In this document: one piece after another, positions 19,596 through 28,724 of the stretch | Position numbering within the stretch: the stretch's first letter is position 1 | Layout: the number at the start of each line of letters is the position of its first letter | Assembly: GCA_016710525.1 (NCBI GenBank) | Contig: JADJVQ010000038.1 | Span: 13,986 to 45,985, forward strand | DNA from: Burkholderiaceae bacterium | GTDB lineage: Bacteria > Pseudomonadota > Gammaproteobacteria > Burkholderiales > Burkholderiaceae_E | DNA length: 32,000 nt | Reading direction: 5' to 3' | Notes under the pieces: model-generated | Databases searched by the model: none | What the model was told of the DNA's origin: nothing | Seen by the model: the letters and a program-made list of their open reading frames with translations, nothing else | Translations under genes and position numbers: made by a program

Positions 19596-20755
19596 TCAGG
19601 ATGCGCGTTCGACCACCACGCCGCGCTCGATCAGTGCCGTCAGATCGGACTGCGCCAGGCCCCAGTCCACGGCGGCAGCGACCCCGCTGGGACCGGGCGC
19701 AACCGGCGCGGCCGGCGTGCCCGCCGGCGTGCGGCTGAAGCGCGGCGCCGGGGCGGGCTGGAGCACTCCGTCGACTTCGATGAACGTGCCGCGAGCCTTG
19801 TTGTGGGGATGGGCCTGCGCCGCACCGGGGGCCAGCACCGGCGCGAAGCAGGCATCGGTCCCTTCGAGCAGCGCGCACCAGTGCGCCGACGGCTTGGACT
19901 TGAAGATCTCGGCAAATCGCCGCTTGTAGGCCGGCCAATGGCGCCGGTCATCGAGCTCGGCAACCCGCTCGACCGGCAGCCCGAGGCGCTCGAACAGCAC
20001 CTCGCGAAACTTCATTTCGATCGGCGCGATGGTGACGAACTCGCCGTCGGCGCACTCGTACACCTCGTAGTGCGGCGCGCCGCTGTCCAGCAGGTTGTCG
20101 CCGCGCACGCCATTGTGCTGGCCGGCGCCCAGGCTGCCGAAGAACGAGGCCATCAGCGTCGCGGCGCCATCGACCATCGCGGTATCGACCACCTGCCCCT
20201 TGCCCGAGCGGGAGGCCTCGAGCAGTGCGCTGACGATGCCGAAAGCGAGCATCAGGCCGCCGCCGCCAAAATCGCCGACCAGGTTCAGGGGCGGTGTGGG
20301 CGCCGCGCCGGCACGGCCGATCGCATGCAGCGCGCCCGACATCGCGATGTAGTTCAGGTCGTGACCGGCCGCCAGGCTGAGCGGCCCTTCCTGGCCGAAA
20401 CCGGTCACCCGGCCATAGACCAGCCGGGATTGATGGCCAGGCAGTCCTGCGGCCCCAGGCCCAGGCGCTCCATCGCGCCGGGACGCAGGCCCTCGATCGT
20501 GGCATCGGCCTTGGCCACCAGACGACGCGCCAGCGCGATGCCCTCGGGATGCTTCAAGTCGACCGCCAGCACCCGCTTGCCGCGGTTGAGCAGGTCGAAG
20601 CGGGTTGGCTTTTGCACGCCCAGGCCGGTGGGCACGGCCCGATCCAGGCGCAGCACATCGGCGCCCAGATCGGCCAGCAGCATGCCGCACATCGGGCCGG
20701 GGCCGATGCCCGCGAACTCGAGGATCTTGAATCCGGCCAACGGGCCTTGTTTCAT
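19596..20755 (-). pseudogene. CaiB/BaiF CoA-transferase family, alpha-methylacyl-CoA racemase-like, interrupted by one frameshift
   Basis: 5' frame: MKQGPLAGFKILEFAGIGPGPMCGMLLADLGADVLRLDR...EGLRPGAMERLGLGPQDCLAINP, then a shift. 3' frame: RLVYGRVTGFGQEGPLSLAAGHDLNYIAMSGALHAIGR...GKGQVVDTAMVDGAA. Adding one C (CCCGG to CCCCGG, about 20426-20428) restores NPRLVYGRVTG. Confidence 0.88.
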
Positions 20756-20810
20756 GGTCTGTCCTTCCACGCGAAGCGTTGATTCGATGTGCCGGGTCAA
20801 TGCGGCCAGG

Positions 20811-21977
20811 TCAATACGATTTCGGCAGGCCGAGCACGCGCTCGGCGATGTAGCAGAGGATCAGATGCGGGGTGATCGGGGCAAGGCGGGGCACCATCAC
20901 TTCGCGCAGGTAGCGCTCGACGTGGAACTCCTTGGCGTAGCCATAGCCGCCGTGCGTCATCACCGCCTGCTGGCAGGCGTTGAAACCGGCCTCGCCGGCC
21001 AGGTACTTGGCGGCATTGGCGGCCGCGCCGCAGGGCAGGTTGTTGTCGTACTGCCAGGCCGCCGACATCGTCATCAGCCAGGCCGCTTCGAGTTCCATCC
21101 AGTTCTGCGCCAGCGGATGCTGGATCGCCTGGTTCTGGCCGATCGGGCGATTGAAGACGATGCGCTCCTTGGCATAGGCAGTGGCCCGGCGCAGGGCGGC
21201 ATGACCGAGGCCGACGGCTTCGGCGGCGATCATCACCCGCTCGGGGTTCATGCCGTGCAGGATGTACTCGAAGCCCTTGCCCTCTTCGCCGATACGGTCT
21301 TCGACCGGGATCTGGAAGTTCTCGATGAACAGCTCGTTGGAGTCGATCGCCTTGCGGCCCATCTTGTCGATCTCGCGCGCGGTGATGCGGCTGCGGTCGA
21401 AGTCGGTGTAAAAAAGGCTCAGGCCCTCGGTGGGCCGCTTGACCTCTTCGAGCGGCGTGGTGCGCGCCAGCAGCAGGATCTTGTCGGCCACCTGCGCCGT
21501 CGAGATCCAGACCTTGTGGCCGTCGACCACATACACGTCGCCCTTGCGCACGGCGCGGGTTTTCAGCTGCGTGGTGTTCAGGCCGGTATTGGGTTCGGTC
21601 ACCGCGAAGCAGGCCTTCTGTTTGCCCTGCACCATCGGCGGCAGCATGCGCAGCTTCTGCTCGTGCGTGCCGAACACCACCACCGGGTTCAGGCCGAAGA
21701 TGTTGATGTGCACCGCGGACGCGCCCGACATGCCGGCACCGGACTCGCTGATGGCGCGCGCGACGATGGTCGCTTCCATCACGCCCAGGCCCGAGCCGCC
21801 GTACGCCTCGGGCGTGCACACGCCCAGCCAGCCGTCGGCCGCCAGGGCGTCGTACAGTTCGTACGGAAAGCCGCCTTCCTTGTCCTTGACCATCCAGTAG
21901 TGGTCGTCGAAGTTGCGGCAGATGCGGGCAACCGATTCGCGAATCGATTCCTGCTCGGGGGTCAGTGCGAAGTCCAT
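20811..21977 (-). CDS. Acyl-CoA dehydrogenase
   Basis: MDFALTPEQESIRESVARICRNFDDHYW...CFAVTEPNTGLNTTQLKTRAVR...YAKERIVFNRPIGQNQAIQHPLA...VMTHGGYGYAKEFHVERYLREVMV. Confidence 0.94.
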   Translation of the reverse strand: MDFALTPEQESIRESVARICRNFDDHYWMVKDKEGGFPYELYDALAADGWLGVCTPEAYGGSGLGVMEATIVARAISESGAGMSGASAVHINIFGLNPVVVFGTHEQKLRMLPPMVQGKQKACFAVTEPNTGLNTTQLKTRAVRKGDVYVVDGHKVWISTAQVADKILLLARTTPLEEVKRPTEGLSLFYTDFDRSRITAREIDKMGRKAIDSNELFIENFQIPVEDRIGEEGKGFEYILHGMNPERVMIAAEAVGLGHAALRRATAYAKERIVFNRPIGQNQAIQHPLAQNWMELEAAWLMTMSAAWQYDNNLPCGAAANAAKYLAGEAGFNACQQAVMTHGGYGYAKEFHVERYLREVMVPRLAPITPHLILCYIAERVLGLPKSY

Positions 21978-22122
21978 GGTGGTGGCCGGCCTATTGAAAC
22001 GGGATCCCGGCACACGCCGGGCAGCAATTGTCGACCGCATCGCCCGTTCCGGCCAAATGAGCGCGAGAGTTTCGAGACGAAGGCGTTCCGCGACTGGCGT
22101 GCGGAACGCCCCAGGGTGCGCT

Positions 22123-23559
22123 TCAGGCAGCCCACCGAGTCCGGTAGACACTCGTGATGATCATCACGCCATAGATGAAGATGCCCGAGGCCGCCAGCGC
22201 GCAGATCGCCCACAGCGGCGCTCCCAGCAGGGTCAGCAGCGAACCGCCCACGAGAATGACCAGCAGCCGCGCACTGGCCGACAGCACCGGCCAGAGCACG
22301 CGACCGGCCCCCTGCGAGGCGAAATACAGTGCCGCCCCCATCGCCAGCAGGACATACATCGGCCCCACCCAGTGCAGGTACAGCCCTCCGGTGGCCAGCA
22401 CCGCGGCATCGGTGCTGAACATGGTTGTCCACCAGGCCGGATACACACTGGCTGTCAGACCCAGCAGGCCGCAGGGCAGCGCACCCATCGCCGCGCCGGT
22501 GAAGGCAGCCCGCTTGGCGCGCCGCTCGTTGCCCGCGCCCACCGCGATGCCCACCATCGGCACCAGCGCCTGCCCGAACGCGAAGACCACCGACATCATC
22601 AGCAGTTCCAGCCGGACGCTCACTCCGTAGCCGGCCAGCGCGGCCGTGCCGTAGCGGCCGATGATTCCGGTGAGCAGCAGAGCGCCCAGCACCTGCTGCA
22701 GTGCCGACAAGGCCGACAGCCCGCCGACCCGCAGGATCCGCACGAATCCTTCGCGGTGCAGCCGCAGGTCGCTGCGCCGCGGCCGCAGGCGGCTGCCCGG
22801 GCGAAAGACCGCGATCGCACCCAGCAGAGTGGAGGTGCCCGCGGCGCAAAGGTAGGCGATCGCCGCGCCGCGAATGCCCATCGCCGGAAAACCCGCCCAG
22901 CCCAGCACGAGCGCCCCCGAGATCGGGATGTGGACGAAATAGGCGACCACCTGCACCAGCGCCGGCAGCACGGTGTTGCCGGTGCCGCGCAGCAGGCTGG
23001 AGAAGGTGTTGGTCAGCCAGACGAACAAGGCGCCCGCGAACAGCAGGTTGGAGTAAGCCAGCGCCAGCGACAACGGCCGCCCGGTTCCGCCCAGCAGGCG
23101 AAAGATCGCCTGTCCCAGGCCCAGCATCAGCGCCGTGTAGGCCAGCCCGGCGACGATGGCGATCAGGCAGGCATGGATGACCACGGAACGCGCCCCCGCT
23201 TCATCGCCCGCGCCGAGGGATCGGGCCACCGCCGAGGACACGCCACCGCCCATCGCGCCGCCCGACAGCATCTGCAGCAGTTGCACCATCGGGAACACCA
23301 GCGAAAACCCGGCCAGCGACTCGGTGCCCAGCCTGCCGATGTAGTAGGTGTCGGCCACCGACACCGAGACCTGGAACAGCACCAGCACCAGGGCCGGGCC
23401 GGCGAGTTTCAGGATCGTGGGGACGATGGGGGCGTCGAGCAGCGGATGGGCGCGACGGCCGGCACTGGTGTGCGCCGCGGCGACAGGTGAAGGGGCCGCC
23501 GCCGCATGGGCTGGGGCGGCCCCACCCGGCGTGGCGGGCGGTTCAGTGGTACGACTCAT
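22123..23559 (-). CDS. MATE-family efflux transporter
   Basis: LDAPIVPTILKLAGPALVLVLFQVSVSVADTYYIGRLGTESLAGFSLVFPMVQLLQMLSGGAMGGGVSSAVARSLGAGD. Confidence 0.93.
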   Translation of the reverse strand: MSRTTEPPATPGGAAPAHAAAAPSPVAAAHTSAGRRAHPLLDAPIVPTILKLAGPALVLVLFQVSVSVADTYYIGRLGTESLAGFSLVFPMVQLLQMLSGGAMGGGVSSAVARSLGAGDEAGARSVVIHACLIAIVAGLAYTALMLGLGQAIFRLLGGTGRPLSLALAYSNLLFAGALFVWLTNTFSSLLRGTGNTVLPALVQVVAYFVHIPISGALVLGWAGFPAMGIRGAAIAYLCAAGTSTLLGAIAVFRPGSRLRPRRSDLRLHREGFVRILRVGGLSALSALQQVLGALLLTGIIGRYGTAALAGYGVSVRLELLMMSVVFAFGQALVPMVGIAVGAGNERRAKRAAFTGAAMGALPCGLLGLTASVYPAWWTTMFSTDAAVLATGGLYLHWVGPMYVLLAMGAALYFASQGAGRVLWPVLSASARLLVILVGGSLLTLLGAPLWAICALAASGIFIYGVMIITSVYRTRWAA

Positions 23560-23670
23560 CGGCGCAGTGTAGTGGCGCCCCGCCCCCCTTGCTTATACTC
23601 GGCCCACGGCTGATTCCGATTCACCCCAGTCAGCCGATTCCATCCCCGGACCTGCATTCGGAAAGCCATC

Positions 23671-24693
23671 ATGTTCGAACCCACACTGGCCGGCAGCCTG
23701 CCCAAACCGGCCTGGCTGGCCGAGACCCACAAGCTCTGGCCGCAATGGAAGAGCGCGGGCGACGAGCTGCGCGATGCCAAGGCCGACGCCACGCTGCTGT
23801 GGCTCAAGCTCCAGGAGGACGCCGGCCTTGCGATCGTCAGCGATGGCGAACAGTCGCGACAGCACTTCGTGCACGGGTTTCTCGAAGCGGTCGAAGGAAT
23901 CGACTTCGAGCACAAGGTCAAGATGGGCATCCGCAACAACCGCTACGACGCCATGGTGCCGCAGGTGGTGGGCGAGCTGCGGCTCAAGGGCCGGGTGCAT
24001 CAGGCCGAAGCGCGCCTGGCCCGCGCCCACACCGAGCGCAAGCTGAAGATCACGCTGCCCGGCCCGATGACCATCGTCGACACCGTGGCCGACCGCTTCT
24101 ACGGCGACAAGGCCAAAATGGCGATGGCGTTCGCGGGCTTGCTGAACCAGGAGGCCCATGCCCTGCAGGCCGATGGCGTGGACGTCATTCAGTTCGACGA
24201 GCCGGCCTTCAACGTGTTCATGGACGAGGTCACGGTCTGGGGCATCGACGCCCTGCACCGGGCCATCGACGGCCTCACCTGCACCACCGCGGTCCACATC
24301 TGCTACGGCTACGGCATCGCCGCCAATGTCGACTGGAAGAAAACGCTCGGGCAGGAGTGGCGCCAGTACGAAAAGATCTTCCCGGCGCTGGCCGCCAGCC
24401 GCATCGATCAGGTTTCGCTGGAATGCGCCGGCTCGCAGGTGCCGGCCGAACTGATGGCCCTGCTGGCCGGCAAGGATGTGCTGGTCGGTGTGATCGACGT
24501 CGCCTCGGATCGCGTCGAGACACCTGAAGAGGTCGCCGACACGATCGGACGGGCCTTGCAGTTCGTTGCGCGCGAACGCCTGTTTCCGTGCACCAACTGC
24601 GGCATGGCCCCGATGGACCAGAGCATCGCGCGCCGCAAGCTCGAGGCCCTGGCCAAGGGCGCGCAGCTCGCCCGCCAGCGCTACGGCGGCTGA
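23671..24693 (+). CDS. Cobalamin-independent methionine synthase (MetE C-terminal-domain type) family protein, standalone
   Basis: EPTLAGSLPKPAWLAE...LAIVSDGEQSRQHFVHGFLE...DVIQFDEPAFNVFMDEV...TAVHICYGYG...VSLECAG...LFPCTNCGMAPM (candidate Zn ligands). Confidence 0.88.
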   Translation: MFEPTLAGSLPKPAWLAETHKLWPQWKSAGDELRDAKADATLLWLKLQEDAGLAIVSDGEQSRQHFVHGFLEAVEGIDFEHKVKMGIRNNRYDAMVPQVVGELRLKGRVHQAEARLARAHTERKLKITLPGPMTIVDTVADRFYGDKAKMAMAFAGLLNQEAHALQADGVDVIQFDEPAFNVFMDEVTVWGIDALHRAIDGLTCTTAVHICYGYGIAANVDWKKTLGQEWRQYEKIFPALAASRIDQVSLECAGSQVPAELMALLAGKDVLVGVIDVASDRVETPEEVADTIGRALQFVARERLFPCTNCGMAPMDQSIARRKLEALAKGAQLARQRYGG

Positions 24694-24712
24694 GGCCGCG
24701 AGGGCTGGCGGG

Positions 24713-25834
24713 TCACGACCGCGCCAGCCAATCCCGAGGGCGCAGCAACGGATATCCGAGCGCACCCGCCACCACCGGGTGCACCACCTCGCCGCGCGCC
24801 ACATTCAGTCCGGCCAGCAGATGCGCGTCGTCGGCCATCGCCTGGCGCCAGCCTTTGTCGGCCAGCGCGAGCACGAAGGGCAGCGTGGCGTGATTGAGCG
24901 CGTGAGCCGAAGTGCGCGGCACTGCGCCCGGCATGTTGGCCACGCAATAGTGGATGACGCCGTCGACCTCGAAGGTGGGCTCGGCATGGGTCGTGACGCG
25001 CGAGGTCTCGAAGCACCCGCCCTGGTCGATGGCGACGTCGACCAGCACCGCCCCTTTGCGCATCCGGGCGACATGCTCGCGCGTGACCAGCCGCGGCGCC
25101 ACACCGCCGGGCACCAGCACCGCGCCGATCACCAGATCAGCCTGGCGCAGCTGGGAGGCGAGCGTTTCGCGATCTGAGTACGCGGTGATCACGCGCGCGC
25201 CGAAGCGGGCCTCGATCCGGCGCAGGGCGTCCAGCGAACGGTCCAGCACCGTCACGATCGCGCCCGACCCGACCGCCATGATGGCGGCATTGGTGCCGAC
25301 CATGCCGGCGCCCAGCACCAGCACCCGCGCGGGCTCGACTCCCGGCACGCCGCCCAGCAGGATGCCCATGCCCCCGCGGCTGCGCTCCAGGCTGGCGGCA
25401 CCGACCTGGATCGACAGCCGCCCGGCCACTTCGGACATCGGCGCGAGCAGCGGCAGGCCGCCGCCGCTGGCGGTGACGGTCTCGTAGGCGACGCACACCG
25501 CGCCGCTGGCCAGCAGATCGCGGCACTGCCCGGGGTCGGGCGCAAGATGCAGGTAGGTGAACAGCACCTGTCCGGCCCGCAGCCGCGCCCGCTCGGCCGC
25601 CTGCGGCTCCTTGACCTTGACGATGAGGTCGCTGAGGGCGAACACCTCCGCCCCCGACGCAACCAGGCTGGCGCCGGCCTCGCGGTAGTCGGCATCGCCG
25701 GCGCCGATGCCGGCCCCGGCGCCGGTCTCGACCACGACGCGGTGGCCGTGCGCGACGACTTCACGGACCGAAGCGGGCGTCAGGCCCACCCGATACTCGT
25801 GGACCTTGATCTCCCTTGGCACGCCGACGAGCAT
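24713..25834 (-). CDS. ald: Alanine dehydrogenase
   Basis: [40 protein letters not shown]...[10 protein letters not shown]...[15 protein letters not shown]...[15 protein letters not shown]. Confidence 0.94.
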   Translation of the reverse strand: MLVGVPREIKVHEYRVGLTPASVREVVAHGHRVVVETGAGAGIGAGDADYREAGASLVASGAEVFALSDLIVKVKEPQAAERARLRAGQVLFTYLHLAPDPGQCRDLLASGAVCVAYETVTASGGGLPLLAPMSEVAGRLSIQVGAASLERSRGGMGILLGGVPGVEPARVLVLGAGMVGTNAAIMAVGSGAIVTVLDRSLDALRRIEARFGARVITAYSDRETLASQLRQADLVIGAVLVPGGVAPRLVTREHVARMRKGAVLVDVAIDQGGCFETSRVTTHAEPTFEVDGVIHYCVANMPGAVPRTSAHALNHATLPFVLALADKGWRQAMADDAHLLAGLNVARGEVVHPVVAGALGYPLLRPRDWLARS

Positions 25835-27305
25835 CGATCGTCCTCCTGGTGCTGCGCGCCCCCAGGCAGGCGTGGTGATACGCCCTGCGGCGCGGGGCCC
25901 GCGGGCCGAGCACCTCACGCAGCTTGCCGCTGACCGGATCGGACTGCGGGGCGCGCGCATCACGCCGGATCGTGACATGGCCCAGTCCGTGCCGCGACAG
26001 GTAAGCGCGCAAACAGGCCACCAGCCGCTGCCAGACCACCTCGGGCTGTTCGCCCGACGGCGGGTCGAAGCGGATCCGCAGCGCCCGCCGCCCGGTCTGG
26101 ATCACCTGGAACCGGTGCACACCCGAGCCCTCCTCGATGACGGTCGCCAGCGCCAGGGGCACCAGTCTGACCGATTGTCCGTTCAGCGTCTGGAGCACGA
26201 CGATGTCGTCCCGGCGTCCGTCGACATCGATCATCGGAAACGGCGAACCGCATGCGCAGACGCCCGGGCGCAGCGTGATGCTGTCGCCCAGGTCGTAGCG
26301 CACCAGCGGCTGCACATGGTTCGCGAGATTGGTCAGCAGCACGCTGGCCGACGCCTGACCGGGTTCGGTCGGCCGGCCCTCGGAGTCGATCGGCTCCAGG
26401 ATCACCCAGTCGCTGTTCAGATGGAGCGCGCCATGCCCGCAGTCGAACGCCATCTGCATGCACTCCGAGGCGCCGTACCCGTTGACCACCTGGCAGCCGA
26501 GCGCCCGTTCGATTTCGGTGCGCTCGGCGTCGGCCAGGGTCTCGCCGCCGCTCCAGGCGACCCGCGGTGCGATGCGCAGGCGCCCGGCCTCGCGTTCGGC
26601 CGCGAGCAGCAGCAGGGTGGTGGGATAACTGGCGATCACCTGCGGATCCCAGGCGTTGAGGGCGTCGACCAGCGAGTCGATCGGCTCCAGCACCGAGAAC
26701 GAACGGGTCAGCGACCGAACCCATGGATTGGCGGATCGCAACCGCTCCCAGGACACGACACCGGCAAAGTGCCCGCCCAGCGCCACGATCATCGCGAACC
26801 GGTGACCCGCGGCCAGGCTGCGCAGCGGCGAAGCCGCCATCGCCCGTGCGGGACAGCGCAGTGTCGACAAGGCATCGTAGATCGACAACGCGCGCGCATC
26901 CTGCACGAAGACGCCGGGGCTGCCGGTGCTGCCGGAACTCGTCCAGACGGTGTATCGGCCCAGGTACTGCTCGCCGATCCGTTGCGGATCGGCGATGAAC
27001 GGCAGGACCTCGTCGAGGCGGATCTCGGGATCGGTGACCCACTCGTCGAAATGCCCCATCAGTTCGACCTTGCCGATCGGGGCGAGGCGCGCAAAGCCGG
27101 CCACTCCGGCCGGTGCGTCGGCAAAACGGGTGCGATAGACGGGTGACCGGGCCGCCGCAGCCTCGAGCAGGGCCTGCAGCCGCGCCTCGCGCTGACGGGC
27201 GATGGCGCGGGCATCGCCCATGGCGCTCATCCACACTTCCTGGGTCGCCGCGCCCCAGCGCAACCAGTCCGAGAGCGCGCCAACCGGGTCGAACGGCCAC
27301 GTCAT
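25761..27305 (-). CDS. Phenylacetate-CoA ligase-like (PaaK-type) adenylate-forming enzyme
   Basis: GRYTVWTSSGSTGSPGVFVQD...VINGYGASECMQM-like (VVNGYGASECMQMAFDCGHGALHLNSDWVILEP)...VRYDLGDSITLRPGVCACGSPFPMIDVDGRRDD. Overlaps the ald start by 74 bp. Confidence 0.85.
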   Translation of the reverse strand: MTWPFDPVGALSDWLRWGAATQEVWMSAMGDARAIARQREARLQALLEAAAARSPVYRTRFADAPAGVAGFARLAPIGKVELMGHFDEWVTDPEIRLDEVLPFIADPQRIGEQYLGRYTVWTSSGSTGSPGVFVQDARALSIYDALSTLRCPARAMAASPLRSLAAGHRFAMIVALGGHFAGVVSWERLRSANPWVRSLTRSFSVLEPIDSLVDALNAWDPQVIASYPTTLLLLAAEREAGRLRIAPRVAWSGGETLADAERTEIERALGCQVVNGYGASECMQMAFDCGHGALHLNSDWVILEPIDSEGRPTEPGQASASVLLTNLANHVQPLVRYDLGDSITLRPGVCACGSPFPMIDVDGRRDDIVVLQTLNGQSVRLVPLALATVIEEGSGVHRFQVIQTGRRALRIRFDPPSGEQPEVVWQRLVACLRAYLSRHGLGHVTIRRDARAPQSDPVSGKLREVLGPRAPRRRAYHHACLGARSTRRTIDARRRAKGDQGPRVSGGPDARFGP

Positions 27306-27360
27306 CTCGCTCTCCAAAGCCGGACTGCCAGGGATCGGCCCGGCGCCGTCGGCAACGGCC

Positions 27361-27564
27361 TCAGGCCCGCAGCCGTCCGCCCTGGCCTGGATCCAGCGCG
27401 GCGCAGGGCCCGGGGCCGCGCACGGCCGCATCGGCCATGCCCCGGTCCGCGGCTTGCGACTGCGCCATTTGCCCGGCAGGCGCCGCCTCCGGCATCAGAA
27501 GCAACGCACCGAGAGCGAACATCAGCGCCAATGCCGTCTTCAGCCAATCCGATCCTGCCATCAT
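27361..27564 (-). CDS. Small hypothetical protein with signal peptide or single TM helix
   Basis: MMAGSDWLKTALALMFALGALLLMPEAAPAGQ...; AGGAG Shine-Dalgarno at 27571-27575 (CTCCT on +). Confidence 0.4.
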   Translation of the reverse strand: MMAGSDWLKTALALMFALGALLLMPEAAPAGQMAQSQAADRGMADAAVRGPGPCAALDPGQGGRLRA

Positions 27565-27806
27565 CACGATCTCCTGCTTGGGCAGATGCCCGGTTGCGCG
27601 AGCGGTCGCGTCACGCGAGGGCTGTGTCGACCACCACGTGGTCGCCCCTTTTCATGATCCGCCTGGCGCCGAGGCAGCTCATTGAGCATGCGCAATCAGT
27701 CGAAGCGCCGCAAGGACTCGAAGTTGTGCCGAGCAAGGTCCGAGCGTCAGGAAGACCTGCTCCGTCGCGACCCAGGAGCCGATATCAATGCGTCCCGGAG
27801 ACCGCC

Positions 27807-28673
27807 ATGCCCGCCAGCCGCCTGCTTCGCGACCGCACCGCCCGATGGATCGGGGTCGTGGCGGCCGCCCTCCTGACCGGCGGTGTCGCCGCGGCAAAAC
27901 CCTATGGCCCCGGCACCGGCAGCGCGGCTGCGCACATGGCCTCGAGTGCCGCCATGACCTGCGAAGCCCGAAGCCCCGAACACACCGTGGCCCTGCTGGA
28001 GCTGTTCACCTCGGAGGGCTGCAGCAGCTGCCCGCCCGCCGACCGCTGGCTGCAGGGCCTGAAGGGCCAGGGCTTGGGCCTGGACAAAGTGGTGCCCCTG
28101 TCGCTGCATGTCGGGTACTGGGACGCGATCGGCTGGAAGGATCCATATGCCCAGGCACGCTTCACCGATCGCCAGCGCGATTACGCCCGCCAGCAGCGCG
28201 CCGCTTCGGTCTACACGCCCCAGGTCGTTCTGGCGGGCCAGGATTTCCGCCGCTGGGGCGACGCCGAACTGCGCAGCGCGCTGGCCAAGCTTGCCGGCAA
28301 GCCGGCCGGTGCGCGGATCACGCTCGAGGGCTCGACGGTGGGACGTGCGGTGCGCATCCGGGCCGATGCGCAGCTGCAGGCCGCCGCATCCGCGTCGGGT
28401 GTCCCGGCCCCGTCATCGCAGCTGCACCTGGTGGTGTTCGAATCCGGACTGCAAAACCAGGTCACCCGAGGCGAAAACCGTGGCGCGACACTGACCCATG
28501 ACGCCGTGGTCCGCCACTGGCAGGGCCCGATCGCGCTCAGCCAGGGCAAGGCTGCAGCAAGCGAGATCGTCGGCCTGGCCGAACCGGGCGATCGGCGCAC
28601 GCTGGGGGTCGCGGCCTTCGTGCAGAACGACCGCGGCGAGGTGCTGCAGGCAACGGCCTGCGTGATGCAGTGA
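27807..28673 (+). CDS. DUF1223 family secreted protein
   Basis: Signal peptide, then HTVALLELFTSEGCSSCPPADRWLQGL...VVPLSLHVGYWDAIGWKDPYAQARFTDRQRDYARQQRAASVYTPQVVLAGQ. Confidence 0.92.
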   Translation: MPASRLLRDRTARWIGVVAAALLTGGVAAAKPYGPGTGSAAAHMASSAAMTCEARSPEHTVALLELFTSEGCSSCPPADRWLQGLKGQGLGLDKVVPLSLHVGYWDAIGWKDPYAQARFTDRQRDYARQQRAASVYTPQVVLAGQDFRRWGDAELRSALAKLAGKPAGARITLEGSTVGRAVRIRADAQLQAAASASGVPAPSSQLHLVVFESGLQNQVTRGENRGATLTHDAVVRHWQGPIALSQGKAAASEIVGLAEPGDRRTLGVAAFVQNDRGEVLQATACVMQ

Positions 28674-28724
28674 CGACCGGTCAGGCCGCGCCCGCCCGAT
28701 TGCGCCTGCGCGCCGGCAGCCCGC

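Noticed and set aside
16027-19938. 1303-aa minus-strand ORF
   Set aside because: Only the C-terminal ~295 aa (VOC protein from 16914) is recognisable. The rest is an out-of-frame shadow of the SDR and MFS genes.
19164-22157. 997-aa plus-strand ORF
   Set aside because: It is antisense across the Bug remnant, CoA-transferase and acyl-CoA dehydrogenase. Composition (His/Arg/Gln/Ala/Gly-rich, no recognisable motif) is typical of high-GC shadow frames.
21913-23490. 525-aa plus-strand ORF antisense to the MATE gene
   Set aside because: Arg/Gln/His-rich shadow frame. The minus strand encodes a clear MATE transporter.
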